Origin: Squalus acanthias
Lineage: Eukaryota
NCBI GenBank assembly: GCA_030390025.1
Contig: CM059432.1
Location: 50,160,001 to 50,224,000, forward strand
DNA length: 64,000 nucleotides
Direction: 5' to 3'
Position numbers and translations under genes: made by a program. Below the pieces are notes generated by a model that was given only the letters and a program-made list of their open reading frames with translations, had not been told where the DNA came from and ran no database searches. Below are positions 26,136-39,785 of the stretch, one piece after another; positions within the stretch are counted from its first letter, which is position 1; every line of letters starts with the position of its first letter.

Positions 26136-26905
26136 ATTCCAGATTCACTCCAGTCTGAAAGCAAGCAACAACAACAGCAACTTGCATTTATATAACATCT
26201 TTAATGTAGTAAAACAATAGTAAATAAGCCGAGAATGATCAATTCCTACTGCTAGTATATGTCCATTTTCCATAGCTCCCCCTCCCACCACTTGCTTCTA
26301 CTATTACAATGGGTGGTGGCAGAGGAGCTGGCAGTTTGTGGATAGAGGTCACTGCTATTACTTATTGCATCTACACTATCCCCTGGCAGACCTGTTAGTT
26401 TAATATAATTTCAGGGGAAGTTACTGCAAACTATCATCAGGGAGTGGCTGAGCATTTGGACAAGTATGAGATGATCAAAGAGAGTCACCATGGATTTGTG
26501 AAATGTAGGTCATGTCTGACAAATCTGGTTAAATTGTTTTGAGGAGGTCACTAGCATGGTGGATAGGGAAATGTCGATGAATGTTTATATGGACTCAGAA
26601 AGCATTTGATAAGGTTCCGCACAAGAAATTATTAGCAAAAATGAAAGTGCAAGGAATTGGAGGTAATCTTGTGACATGGGTTGGTAATTATTTGGGAGAT
26701 AGGAGACGGAGAACAGGGATAAAGCAAATGTTTTCTGATTGGCAGGATGTGACAAGTGCTGTTCCCCAGGGATCCGTACAGGGGCCTCAGATTTTCATCA
26801 TATATATTAATGACTTGGATGAAGGCATAGGCAGTTGTATATCCAAGTTTTCAGAAGACACCAAGAAGGCACAGAAAGTTGTGTAGATGGGAGCAGGAAG
26901 TTACA

Positions 26906-28203
26906 TAGGATTACATAGGATATACGACACAGAAACAGGCCATTCGGCCTAACCAGTCTATGCTCCACTCAAGACTCCTCCCGTCTTTCCTCATCTAAAT
27001 CTATCAGCATAACCCTCTATACCCTTCTCCCTCATATGCTTGTCTAGTCTCCCCTTAAATGCATCTATACTATTCACTTCAACCACTCCCTGTGGTAGCG
27101 AGTTCCACATTCTCACCACTCTCTGGGTAAAGAAGTTTCTTCTGAATTCCCTATTGGATTTCTTGGTGACTATCTTATATTGATGTCCTCTAGTTATGCT
27201 CTTCCCCACAAGTGGAAACATTCTCTCTGTAGCCACTCTATCAAAACCTTTCATAATTTTAAAGACCTCTATTAGGTCACCCCTCAGCCTTCTTTCTTCA
27301 AGAGAAAAGAGACCCAGCCTGTTCATCCTTTCCTGATATGTATACCCTCGCATTTCTGGTATCATCCTTGTAAGTCTTCTCTGCACCCTCTCCAGTGCCT
27401 CTATATCCTTTTTATAATATGGCGACCAGAACTGCACACAGTACTCTAAGTGTGGTCTAACCAAGGTTCGATACAGGTTTAGCATAACTTCCCTACTTTT
27501 CAATTCTATACCTCTAGAAATAAACCCTAGTGCTTGGTTTGCTTTTTTAATGGCCTTGCTAACTTGTGTCGCAACTTTTAGTGATTTGTGCATTTGTACC
27601 CCGAGATCCCTTTGTTCCTCTACCCCACCTAGACTTGCACCCTCCAAGTGATAAGTGACCTCCCTATTCTTCCTACCAAAATGTAATCCCTCACATTTAT
27701 CTGTGTTGAACTTTATTTCCCAATTATATGCCCATTCTGCAAGTTTATTAATGTCCTCCTGTAATTTGTTGCAGTCCTCCTCAGTATTGACTATCCTCCC
27801 CCAATTTGGTGTCATCCGCAAATTTAGAAATTGTGTTTTTGATTCCAAAGTCTATATCATTAATATAAATTGTGAACAACAGTGGTCCCAGCACTGATCC
27901 TTGTGGAACACCACTACCCACCTTCTGCCACTGTGAATAGCTACCTTTTACCCCTACTCTCTGCTTCCTGTCTTGAAGCCAGCCAGCAATCCATTCTGCT
28001 GCTTGTTCCCTGACTCCGCATTCTTTGATCTTGTTCATCAGTCTATTATGGGGTACCTTATCGAAGGCCTTTTGAAAATCTAGAAAAATTACATCGACTG
28101 CATTACCATTGTCTGCTCTCTCTGTTACCTCTTCAAAAAATTCAATGAGGTTGGCCAAGCAAGACTTTCCCTTTTGAAATCCATGCTGACTATTCATTAC
28201 TAT
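26906..28203 (-). mobile_element. Younger 5'-truncated CR1 (RT to 3' end)
   Basis: ORFs 27781-28197 and 26991-27848 (one frameshift), FADDTK; GTTACA duplication at 26900-26905 and 28204-28209. Confidence 0.92.
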
Positions 28204-28228
28204 GTTACAAGGGACATAGACAGACTAA

Positions 28229-29795
28229 GGGCTCGATTTTAATAGCCCTGAGGAGGTGGGTTTGGAGGCGAGTTGGCAGCGAAAATCGGAAAAAATAGCT
28301 TCAGACTGCCAACCCACCTCCATCCCACCCCCACGCGATTTTCATGAGTGTCGGGTCAGCCGCTCCCAAACTGACCCGATGGGAACCGGTGGGACAGGTA
28401 GTTAAGGCAGTTAAGTGCCTGTTAACTGCCTTGCTAATTCTATTTTTTATAGTGGTTTCCCATGTTCGTGCTTCTGGCTCCTGTTTCCCGTCTTGTCAGA
28501 AACACGCCAGCTGCAAGGAGACGAGTTTCTCGAGGACATGATTTGTAGTCATTGGTGCAGCACTTTAAAAGCGCTCCTGTAACATGGCTAACATTCAAAT
28601 GCAACAACATTGTTGTTGGAGGTTTGGGATAGGATTTTGCAAATCTACTGACCTTGTGAATGTTCAAGCTGACACCCATCTGCAGTGTTACCTGATTGGA
28701 ATAATTTCAGGCCACTTTGAGTGTGCGCTTGCAATCTTCTTGCCTCAACTGAAATCTATAGCGACGGGGTGAGAACCATTTACATCCTCTCATCCTGGTG
28801 GTCGGATTCGGAGGAAGAGCAGTTGCGGCAGCACCACAACCAGCCACAACAGCAGCACCAGCAGTGCCAACCTCCTCCTCACCCACCTGATGCTGCACTG
28901 GACACAGGGCATCAGCCCCTGACAAAATTGCTGGCTGGGAGACCTGCGATGGCATCACCATGGCCAGATTTTCTTCACTTGGTGCTGTAAACCCTGGCTG
29001 TCACATGATGCGCCAGGTTGACACCATCCCACACCAACACTGAGAAGCATCCCTTTAATGTCCAAGCCATTCCATGCACACTTATCACTATAGCGGGGGT
29101 GGGGGGGGGGGGAGTTATGACTGAACAATGACTGGAACTCAGTAAGACACTTCTCAATGTGTGCTTAGATCTGTCCAATAAGGGGCACTTTTGGAAAAAG
29201 ATATTACACTGTATGACAACACATTACCAGAAACTTCACATGGACATTGGCTAAAGTGCCTATCCTTGTGTGTTGTTAGTTGGTATGCTTGCAGTAGGAT
29301 GAGGGTGAGTGTGAGGGGTGGCTAGTGAGATGGGGAAGTGATAAAATAGATAGAGAGGATTGGGTGGAGGTTCAAGGAACGTTGGTGTCCTGGGGAGGTC
29401 TCTTCCGTCCTTGGAAGGGAAGAGAACCTCCCGGCATACTGTGACTCCCTCCATAAGCATATGCAGGGAGTCATTGGAGAGCCTGGGGACAAGTGTTCAT
29501 CTTTGTGCAGTGATTGTCAGTGTTTGCAGCACCTCAATGCTGTCAAACACTGACAGATCAGCTGTCAAAATAAAATTGTGCATGGTCCCTTTAAGGAAAC
29601 TGGCAGATGACACATCATCAAATGACGTCATCAGACCCGCTTCCTGTTAATTGGCCGGTAAGCCCGCAGGGCGGGCTTAACAAGGCTAATCAAGGGAAAA
29701 TCACGCCTGCAGAGCGGAGGCAGCTGGGGGCGGGACCGGAACCCAGAAACCAGCTGACCCGCCCCCATCCCGCCTCCAGAATTAAATTTGTGGCC
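28229..29795. mobile_element. Harbinger deletion derivative
   Basis: Canonical TAA TSD; TIR GGGCTCGATTTTAAT / ATTAAATTTGTGGCC; possible Q-rich transposase N-terminal remnant at ~28760-28900; ends homologous to 9625-10491. Confidence 0.8.
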
Positions 29796-32700
29796 TAAGT
29801 GTGTGGACAACAATGGCAGATGGAGTTCAATGTGGGCAAGTGTGAGGTTATCCATTTTGGTTCCGAGAAAGATAAATTGAAATATTTTCTTAATGGGGCA
29901 AGACTAGGAACAGTGGAAGTTGAAAGGGATTTAGGTGTCAATGTATACAAATCACTAAAATCTAGTGCACAGGTAAAGAAAGCAATCAAAAGGGCTAATG
30001 GAATGTTAACCTTTATCTCAAGGGGATAGGAATTCAAATGTGAGGACGTGATGCTTCATTTCTACAGAGCCTTGATCAGATCCTATCTGGAGTATTGCAT
30101 TCTGTTTTGGCCACAGAACCTCAGGAAAGGTATGTTGGCCTTAGCTCAGCACAGATTCACCAGAATGATTAGAGGGGTTAAAGGGTTAAATTATGAGGGT
30201 AAGTTGCCTGGCTTGTAGTCCCTTGAATTTAGAAGGTTGAGGGGAGTTCTAATTAAGGTCTTTAAAATGATAAATGGATTCAATGGAGGCGTAAAATGGG
30301 TGGTAGCAGATCGGCCAGTCGTTATACACCTCGCCTGATTTTTCTTTCCATTGACTTCAATGGAAACCACAAATTTAAGTTTCTAGAGAGTCTGCTATTT
30401 ATTCCCCCGTTTCCCTTTGGAACCTTGGATGTATCCCATCAGGTCCTGGCATATTTTCCTCCTTCACATTAATTGACTTCTCTAAGCTTTTTGTTTTAAC
30501 AAATCTGACTAACTGCTGCTTTTGCTAGACCTCACTGCATGTGTCTCTGGTTCTATCTGCCTATGTTCATAGAAGGTAAGACCTGCCAGACAATCCCTGA
30601 TAAGTTCCTAAGAGCAGACTTCCCAACACAATAGGTGTGAGGTGTTTACCGATTATTGAGAAGGCCTAACAACTTGCTTAATGTTTACAGTTTTTGGGAA
30701 AAACAACTTAAATATTCAGCTCATTCACATAATAACCACCTTCCGTCTTAGTGCTTTCCCCCTAGATTTGATGAATACACTTTGCTTTAAAAACCCAACA
30801 TTTAAAAGTAACTCTTTTTCCAAATCCTCTCTGTGGAAAAATGATCAAAAAAATCCTGAAATGCAACAATGGTATTCATGCCAGTGATAAATATAAAAAA
30901 CTATTTGAAAACAAATTAGATGTTTGTGCATATTCTACTTGTAAAGCAAACTGGCCTTATTCATGGATTAACTGTTATATCAAATCTTTCAATTTATGAT
31001 GTGCTATATATTTAACTGTTGCTTTATATTCCATCTGGAATTACATCACGGAAGGCTGTCGGACTGATCAAATCCATTCCATTTTGTGTCCATACTATTA
31101 ACAGCAGTGGTTCATTATCCTGACAACACTTGGGTCAAGGCTGTAGAGTCTGTATAAAAGCAGTGATTGGAAATAATGTAATCTAGTTGTGTTATGATAA
31201 TCTAACCCTTACAATCAATATAGAAAAAGGTTGACTTAATCTAGCAGAAAGATTTCACGATGCCCAACAATAAAGTACAAAAAGCCATGTAAGAATTTGT
31301 TTTCCGCCCATTAATCTTGAAATGCCGATTAGCTGTTGATGTGAAATGCCAAAGCAAATATTGCCTTAAAAGAGCCATCCATTACTAAAACTAACCATGC
31401 CCCATAGTAGCAGCAGCTGTCAGAAATTACCCAAAGGAAGTAGCAAGTCTGTCACTGCTTGCACAGGACTTGCTAAACCATTTGGCAAATGAGGAAAAAT
31501 GTGTCATTTCATCAGCTGTGACATTTATGGATACACCCGATAACAGATCCACATTTAACATTTTGGTAAATATGTTAGCTGTGAAAAATGCAATTAATAT
31601 TGATATGAGAAATTTAGCTTAATAATGTGTTACCTGAAATGTAAAATTCTTCAGTCTGTATAAATGTCGGGACTCTACATAAAAATCAGTACAAAAATAC
31701 AAATTGAAAAGCAGCTGTTTGATGTGCAAGTCTAACCTGTACATAATCTTATTCCTTCAAATCAAACTGAAGTAGATTTTAACGATTTCAACCTTTTAAA
31801 CTTATAAATGTTGTGTCAGGCACCCTCATGTGTCTACCACTGTGGTGCTGTTGAGCTTCGTTTCCTCATATAAAAAGTAGAAGTTTAGTCAAAGATAGGG
31901 TCGTGTAAGCTCAATGCCCTGAAAATTGCCTCAAGAATACCCTCAAAATGGAGTCACTAGCCAGACAGAACTGTGGGATATAATAAACTGCTAAGCTCGG
32001 TGAATGACTGTGTCCATATACATGGATTATGCACAGCCACATAATAGTGAATGTAATGATAATTCAGTACCCAAAAAGGAAAGTGTGCTCATGGCAAATT
32101 TACCTGGAAATCATAGGGCAACAGCAAATAAAATCAGGAAAATCAGAGACCTCATAGATGCCCATTGTTCTGCACTAAACACAGATCAGAGGACATGGAA
32201 AGAATAATGTGTTCTCCAGCAGTGAAGTGCATAGTATAGCACAGAAGCAGTCTGTTGGAAATCAGTTCAGCGGTATTTCTGTGCCTTCACATAGTCCTAC
32301 AAGTTTTTCTCTCTGAAAACAGTGATCCAACAGCAACTAAAGCAAAGGAGACCCCTGAAACTGATGCCAAGTCCATCAGGGTTTGTAACAGATGCTGGTC
32401 GCAGGCCTACAGCTTGCCACATGGCTGTGTGCTACTTCTTCAACTAGGGGAGTATTTAGTAGTAGGACACATGGACAAACAAGTTTTTTACAATTGGGGT
32501 ATTTTATGGAAGCTTGATAGTTTACAAGAGGTGTTTCCATAAGTGGATCCACAAGCTGTACCTTTTCAGTAATATTTCCTTGGGGAGCTGTATGAATAGT
32601 AGGATTAACAATTACCCGATCTGCAGTAACCTGTGTATTGGATTATTCATCAACTGGCATTATGATGCCACTCTCTTCCAATTGGTGTAATATTAAACTC

Positions 32701-33391
32701 ATGTAAAATATTTACATTTAAGTGAAAAAAAATACTGAACAATATGTAACCAGCAAAACAAGAAAGAGTCAAGAGGTATTAACTACCCTTTTCAAGAAAA
32801 GGCTTTTAAATTTAACACTCTTTGGATTGGCAAATTCCATTTGTCGTCGACGTCTTTCTCTTGCAGACTCAGGGAGCGATTTTCTGACATCGGAGGAGGC
32901 GGGTTTGGAGGCGGGAAATGCGGGAAAATCAGAATCAATGAGGTTGGGTTCGGAACCCGCCTCCAATCTGTGTCCGCGGGATTTTGCCGGTGTCGGTTTT
33001 GGAGGTCGGGAAACGCTCCCACCTCCCGCTGCCCATTGCGCTATTTAACATCCTTAAATGCTCGTTAAGGCCTCTCTAAGCCTATTTTGAGAGGCCCTCG
33101 TGATTTTTCCAGCATTTCGGCGTGTTCCACGCACCTCCTAAACCACGCCAGGTAAACCTGGCGGGTTGACTCGTGGGTGGCCTCCTCACTGCTGCAGGTC
33201 CAACAAGACATCATTTATTGCAGCAAGGATTACTTGCAGGTCCCAGACCTTGGCTTTAAAAGGTCTCTGAGCACTTTTAGAAGGCCTTCCGAAGTCAGAG
33301 GTGCTGCAGCTTGACTCAATCAAGACCTCCTTATAAGACTCTCTCCCCGCTTGCAATGAGCGCTTCCCCAAAGGAGACACCTACAAGCAGC

Positions 33392-34730
33392 ATGGGAACC
33401 ATTCATTTACTTTCTGCATGGACCTCAGATGAGCCCCAACCTCCTGCTCAGCCACTTGATGCTGCACAGGGCAGAAGGCACCAGCGCATCGAGGCACCTC
33501 GCCACAGGAGATACCCCCGACAGAGGGTTTACAGACAAAGGATGAGCTACCTCAACATGAGTGAGCAGCAGTGCCAAAGGAGGCTGAGAATTTCACGAGA
33601 GGTTGTCCGAGAGATCTGCGGCCTGCTGCAGCAAGACCTGGTGCGCAGAGGAACGGGTGGACACCCCTTACCAGTGGCTGTCAAAGTCACCACCGCACTC
33701 AACTTCTTTGCCTCAGGCTCCTTCCAGGGATCATCAGCAGACATCAGCGACATCTCCCAGTCGGCCGCCCACAGTTGCATCACGCAGGTTACCGATGCCC
33801 TTTTTGCTAAGGCCCACAATTACATCCAGTTCACAAGGGATCAAGCAAGTGTAACATAGAAACATAGAAAAATAGGAGCAGGAGTAGGCCATTCGGACCT
33901 TCGAGCCTGCTCTGCCATTCAATATGATCATGGCTGATCCTCTATCTCAATCCCATATTCCCACTCTCTCCCCATACCCCTTGATGCCTTCGGCCGCCCA
34001 TTCGGTTGGCTTTGCAAATATGGCAGGCATGCCAATGATGCAGGGCGTCATAGACTGCAAACATGTGGCCCTTAGGGCACCCCATCACAACCCAGCTATC
34101 TTTGTCAACCGAAAGGGCTTCCACTCCCTCAACGTACAGCTGGTGTGTAACCACAAGAAGGAGTTCTTGCATGTTTGCACCAAGTTCTGTGGTAGTTGCC
34201 ATGACTCTTTCATCCTGTGGCACTCTAGTGTTCCTCCGCTTTTCAATCCACCAAACCAACTTAATGGATGGCTCCTTGGTGACAAAGGCTACCCCCTGAA
34301 GAAATGGCTAATGACGCCGATCAGGAGGCCAGCTAACAAGGCTGAAGAGCGCTACAACGCCAGCCACACATCGACCAGGTCCATCATAGAGCAAACCATT
34401 GGTTTGTTGAAGATGCGCTTCCATTGCCTTGACCGATCAGGTGGAGCCCTGCAGTATACAGCATACAGGGTCTCCAGAATAGTCGTGGTCTGCTGTATAC
34501 TGCACAATATTGCACAGTGCCATGGCTTCCAGCTTCATGATGAGCAAACGGCTCAGTTGCAACCCTCCTCAGATGAGGATGAGGAGGAGGAGGAGGATCT
34601 GGAGGAGGAGGAGGTGGAGGGGCAGGAGGAGGTCAGAGCGCCGGTGTATCGCCCAGCGGCAGTGGCAGCACGTCAGCACATGGCTGCCCGGGATGCAAGG
34701 GATGAACTTATCCTGGCCAGATTTGCATAG
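33392..34730 (+). pseudogene. PIF/Harbinger (HARBI1-like) DDE transposase interrupted by a 136-bp CR1 tail
   Basis: [59 protein letters not shown] and an acidic tail; the left end of the element is probably near 32872. Confidence 0.92.
33854..33989 (-). mobile_element. CR1/HER1 3' tail insertion
   Basis: (acatagaa)n aataggagcaggagtaggccattc, the same tail type as 25820-25960. Confidence 0.85.
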
Positions 34731-35037
34731 GTTGCCCAAGATGGCACATGTCCTTGGCTGAGATTTACACAATCTAAACAACACATCATACAAAAGCATG
34801 TGTGCAGCTGACAAAACTTTAACCTTTCCCATCAATCACTCGATCAATCATGCAAATGAACCAGTCTGACGAGAAGCTACCATCTAAACTTTTAATTCAA
34901 AATGACACAGGTAAATTAAACATTTGAAACTTTGGGGCAAACTTGGCAGTAAAACACTTTAGACACATACACCACAGGCAATGGACAGTTTAATAAAAAA
35001 ATTATTTCACTCTATCATTCTTCTATTGTGAAAGGAA

Positions 35038-35224
35038 GGGCTAATTTTAACCTAACTCGCTGGGTGGGCAGCCCACGGGATCAAGTGGAACACTCGTTTT
35101 ATGTCCCCGCACAATATTACTCTCCATTGACTTCAATGGAAAGTAAAATCGGGCGGGGTGTAAAATCTGCATTGCACCCAAACCCGTCAGTTTCCCGACA
35201 GGTGGGTTAGTTTAAAATTGCCCC
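35038..35224. mobile_element. Palindromic MITE with central CCATTGACTTCAATGG
   Basis: TIR GGGCTAATTTTAACCTAAC / GTTAGTTTAAAATTGCCCC; partial copies at ~18110-18223 and ~30290-30366. Confidence 0.7.
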
Positions 35225-35226
35225 AA

Positions 35227-35330
35227 ATTCTGTTTCTCTCTCCACAGATGCTGCATGACCTGCTGAGTGTTTCCAGCATTTTCTCTTTAAATTTCAGATT
35301 TCCAGCATCTGCAGTACTTTGCTTTTGTTT
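35227..35330 (+). mobile_element. Penelope pLTR 3' fragment
   Basis: ctctctccacagatgctgc..gacctgctgagt..ttccagcatttt; matches 48365-48420 in reverse. Confidence 0.6.
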
Positions 35331-36866
35331 TGCCAAAGTTAACAATATTGCTTTTCCCATCTGAGGCTGCAAGCCAAGACACAGCAGAGAAGATTGCTGA
35401 AGAGCAAGACCTTGCAGTCCCCTTTACCTCCGACAAACAATCACCCACTCCATTCTTCACCCTCTCCCTTGCACTCAGCACCCCAGACACCCACTCTAGG
35501 GGGTACAGATAGTTTGGGTGAGGAACCGGCAAGTGGTGAGACAGAGAGCACAAGGAAACCACAAGGTGCAAATGTGGAGCCTGATGTAGCTGAGCAGAGG
35601 TGTAAGACACGGATGATGATTTCAGGGGCCCTGCATGTAAACAAGAATACTAGCAGAGCATTAAGTAGATTTGGACATTCTGTGTGACCTCTCCCAAGAT
35701 ATGCGGCAAATGGCTGGTATGGCGGTGGAGTCCTCTGCCCTGTTGTGCACCAACATCTGAGAATCTGAGACAGGTTCAACTCATTGCAGGGCAGCCTGGA
35801 GAAAGTGGAAGCTGCAGGAGTATCTACAAACCTTCCCCCACTTTGAGAGATCTAGGCAAGTTAGATAACTCAGTCAATGAGGACTGCAGGTCTTGAGAGA
35901 TTATTTGGAGAACTCAACATCAACCAGATTGTAAAGCATATAGGGCAGCATTTTCAAGGGACTAAAGGATATTCCATTGGCTCTCTCGCTGGGATTCTTT
36001 GATTCTGTGAGGTCTGTTGTCTTGCTGTTCACTAGTAACCATAATCCAGTTCCCAATGGAGAAGCTTGTGTGTGTGTGCCTCAGAGGCTGCTTCCCCTCA
36101 CAGTAGAAGCACAGAGGAGTACTCCATCAGCTCCCCATGGAAGCCTTTAACTTTACAGGACCAGGCTGCCAAGGAGCTTATGACAAAGAGTCAGCCTGTC
36201 TTGTGTCCATCCCAGGACTTGGAAGCCCCAAGTGAGGGGCCACTTCCACCTCAAGAGCCTTATAATATCTTGCAGCAGCCAGCCACAGCTCAGACCCTCA
36301 GGTGGCATGTAGAAGAAGTGTTAGATTAGGGCATAGAAAAGCTTGCTTGGTCGCAAGGGGCGTGCACAGTGACAAAGCAAAGTGATGTTTTTATAAATAG
36401 TTGTAATAAATCATTGGAATGTTTGATGTAAGGACTTTTTGGCATTTGGTTCTCTTGTATGACAATATGGAACAGGTACTGTGCTGATTTTGCGGCTCAG
36501 GATTAGAATGCGATTACTAGCTGTGAAAAGCAAGGATTTTGCTTAAATTGTAGCGGGGCTGGTGAAAGGAGGCTGCTTTTGATGGGCTGAGACTTCCAAA
36601 TATTATTGCTCTATTCATCAGTGTAGGTGTGCTGAATTAGTCACTCTCTCGCTCTCTCTCTGTCCCTCTGGCTATTGAGCAGTCATTGCGACGCTTCCTG
36701 ATCTTTGTAGGCTAGGTCTTCAGCATCAGTAGTGTCATCATTAGGTTCGTTGGCATCCTCTGGGACATCTACCATCAGTCCTTTGCTGATTGCAAAGTTG
36801 TGAAGCACACAAAATGCTACCATTGGTGCTTGGCAAATACCGAAAGGCATCTCTGGACCTATCTAG

Positions 36867-37245
36867 TGTAGAGATTCGTATATCTCTGGTAAATAGGATC
36901 GAGTGCAAACCAATATGGTGGGAATATTGTGTTTAATCGGAGTCTAGGACAGAATATAAAACACAAGTAATACAGCAAAAACATACGACCGTAACAAGTA
37001 GCTGATACCGGACCTGATCAGACAGACGGCTGGCGTGCGTGAACAGTTCCCTGACTTGCAGCCTCTCTTCCTCTCGTCTAGAACCTCCAAGTTGGTGAGC
37101 ATGGGATCACTCTCGAAAGAGTGTTCGACCAGGCCAACTTCTGCTTGGCTCTTCCCTCCACCGTCTGTGTGGGCAAGCCCTCAGGGTGTTACTTTTATTC
37201 TCTTTTTAGGGGTGGGCCTGAGGCCAAATTATTGACAAGACCATT
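36867..37245 (-). mobile_element. Possible partial LTR
   Basis: Abrupt TG start at the point where the transposase remnant stops; ATTAAA and TATA-like AATAAAAG on the minus strand; no second end visible. Confidence 0.25.
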
Positions 37246-37280
37246 TAACCTCTATGACAAGTATATCCTTCCTTAGGTAA

Positions 37281-37816
37281 AAAATGAGAAGTCGCACAAC
37301 ACCAGGTTATAGTCCAACAGCCAAGACAATGAGATGTGAGCAAAATCATCGAGCAGAAACTGATAGCCAAGTTCCGCACTCATGAGGACGGCCTCAATAG
37401 GGATCTCGGGTTCATGTCACGCTACAGAATGTGACTTGACATCGTTGTCTGTCTTTCCAGTTTTTAAAAAACAAACACAAAAAAACCAAACACAAAAAAC
37501 AAACCCATAAAAAAAAAACACTGCAGACAGCAGGATTTGACACGTTGGACCCTCTGGGACACATCTCATTGTCTTGGCTGTGTTCTTGGTGTGTCTTTGA
37601 TGTAAGGACACCTTCCCTGAAAGATTGTATCTCTGCAGTTCCTGTGTTTATATTCTGTGAACTTTTGTAGATTCACTCATTGTAACTTTACCTGAGGAAG
37701 GGGCGATAGCTCCGAAAGCTTGTAATTTTAAATAAATCTGTTGGACTATAACCTGGTGTTGTGCGACTTCTCATTTTTGTCCACCCCAGTCCAACGCCGG
37801 CATCTCCGCATCATGA
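37281..37816 (+). mobile_element. Penelope insertion (inverted arm + EN C-terminus + pLTR + tail)
   Basis: 13-bp TSD CTTCCTTAGGTAA (37268-37280 and 37817-37829); KIIEQKLIAKFRTHEDGLNRD; same family as the element at 51044. Confidence 0.9.
37688..37725 (+). ncRNA. Minimal type I hammerhead ribozyme motif
   Basis: ttac CTGAGGA a ggggc-gata-gctcc GAAA gc tt gtaa. Confidence 0.75.
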
Positions 37817-39023
37817 CTTCCTTAGGTAAGGAGACCCAAACTGTACACAATACTCCAGGTGTGGTCTCACCAGGGCCCTATATAATTGCAGTAAGACGTC
37901 TTTACTCTTATACTCAAATCCTTTTGTAATAAAGACCAACATACCATTTGCTTTCCTAATTGCTTGCTGTACCTGCATGTTAACTTCCAGTGATTCGTGT
38001 ACAAGGGACACCCAGGTCCCTCTGAACACCAACATTTCCCAATCTCTCACCATTTAAAAATACTCTGCTTTTCTATTTTTCCAGCCAAAGTGAATAACTT
38101 CACATTTCTCCACATTACATTCCATTTGCCATGTTCTTGCCCATTCACTTAGCCTGTCTATATCCCTTGAAGCCTCCTTGCATCCTCCTCACAACTTACA
38201 TTCCCACCCAGCTTTGTATCATCAGCAAACTTGGACATATTACATTTGATCCCCTCATCCAAATCATTGATGTAGATTGTGAATAGCTGAGGCCCAAGCA
38301 CTGATCCTTGCGGTGCCCCACTAGTTACAGCCTGCCAAGCCGAAAATGACCCGTTTATTCCTACTCTCTGTTTTCTGTCCGTTAACCAATCCTCAATCCA
38401 TGTAGTGTATTATCCCGATTCCTATGAGCCCTAATTTTGTTTAATAACCTCCTGTGTGGCACCTTATCGAATGCCTTCTGAAAATCCAAATACACCGCAT
38501 CCACTGGTTCCCCCTTAACTATTCCATTAGTTACAACCTCAAAAAACTCTAATAGATTTGTCAAACACGATTTCCCTTTCATACATCCATGTTGACTCTG
38601 CCCAATCCTATTATTATTTTCTAAGTGCCCTGTCACCACGTCTTTAATAATAGATTCTGGCATTTTCCCCACTACTGATGTCAGACTAACTAGTCTATAG
38701 TTCCCTGTTTTCTCTCTCCCTCCTTTCTTAAATAGTGGGGTTACATTTGCTATCTTCCAATCCACGGGAACCATTCCAGAATGTATGGAATTTTGGAAAA
38801 TGACAACCAATGCATCCACTATCTCTATAGCCACCTCTTTCAAAACCCTAGGATGTAGGCCATCGGGTCCAGGGGATTTATTGACTTTCAGTCCCATTAA
38901 TTTCTCCAGTACTATTTTTTTACTAATACTAATTTCTTTCAGTTCCTCATTTTTGCTTGAGCCTTGGTTCTCCACTATTTCCGGGAAGTTTTTTGCAATT
39001 TCTTCCACGAAAACAGACACAAA

Positions 39024-39785
39024 GGGCTGGACTTTCTGAATGGGAAGCTTTTGGAGGCGGGACTGCTGCTTGCCGGGTTTCAGTCCCGCCTCCATCAGCT
39101 TCTGGCCAACCAGTGGGAATTTCCCCTGATTGACCTTGCAGGCCAATTAGGGGGAAGTCAGTGACAGAGCACGTCAACGTATAACGTGTCATCTGTCAAG
39201 AACTTTTGAAAGAAGAAATGTCATCGTTTGACAACTCTGTGAAGCTGTCAAACACTGACATTCTGTATAGTTTGATGAGACCTTGTGTTCAGGACTCATC
39301 AAACCTTTCTACTTTGTTGAAATCAGCTGGCTGTTGGATCGGAGGATGCAACAGCCAGTCTGTGATCTCTACAATGGAGATGTCAGGGACTCCGGCTCCA
39401 CTGCGGCTGAAGGCTGTAGGTAGAAACAAAGGTAAGTTAACATTTTCTAACACTTTATACTCACCTCACATACTTACCACTCCACACTTGCACCCATCAC
39501 TGACTTCTACATCGCACTTTCAGACCCCGCAGACCCCCGCAGACCTCCTACTCACCTCCTGCTCCCCGGCGGGGTTCCCCCAGGTCGGGAAGCCTGCACT
39601 TCAGGATGAAAAATGGGGATAATCCTATTTTCTGCCTGTTAACTACCTGTTAACAGGCAGTTAATAGGCTTTAATCCCTTCCCGCCTCGAGGAGACGGGA
39701 CCCGGGGCAAGACGGCTTCCCGCCTCCTGGCAAGAGGGCACGGAGGCGGGAATTTGCTCTTTCCTGAATCCTCCCGCCCCCTTCA
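39024..39785. mobile_element. MITE of the 9625-10491 family, right end truncated
   Basis: Starts GGGCTGGACTTT; shares internal sequence including the cctgttaactacctgttaacaggcag hairpin. Confidence 0.75.

Larger units (their letters stand above)
26400..30285 (+). mobile_element. Older CR1 RT region split into 26400-26905, 28204-28228 and 29796-30285
   Basis: [15 protein letters not shown], then WQMEFNVGKCEVIHFG; the pieces are colinear once the inserts are removed. Confidence 0.8.

Noticed and set aside
33392..34730. Domesticated host HARBI1 gene
   Set aside because: It is interrupted by a retro-insertion and is one of several divergent copies in transposon context.
38382..39146. 254-aa ORF as a gene
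   Set aside because: The N-terminus is MITE sequence fused by chance to CR1 ORF2.
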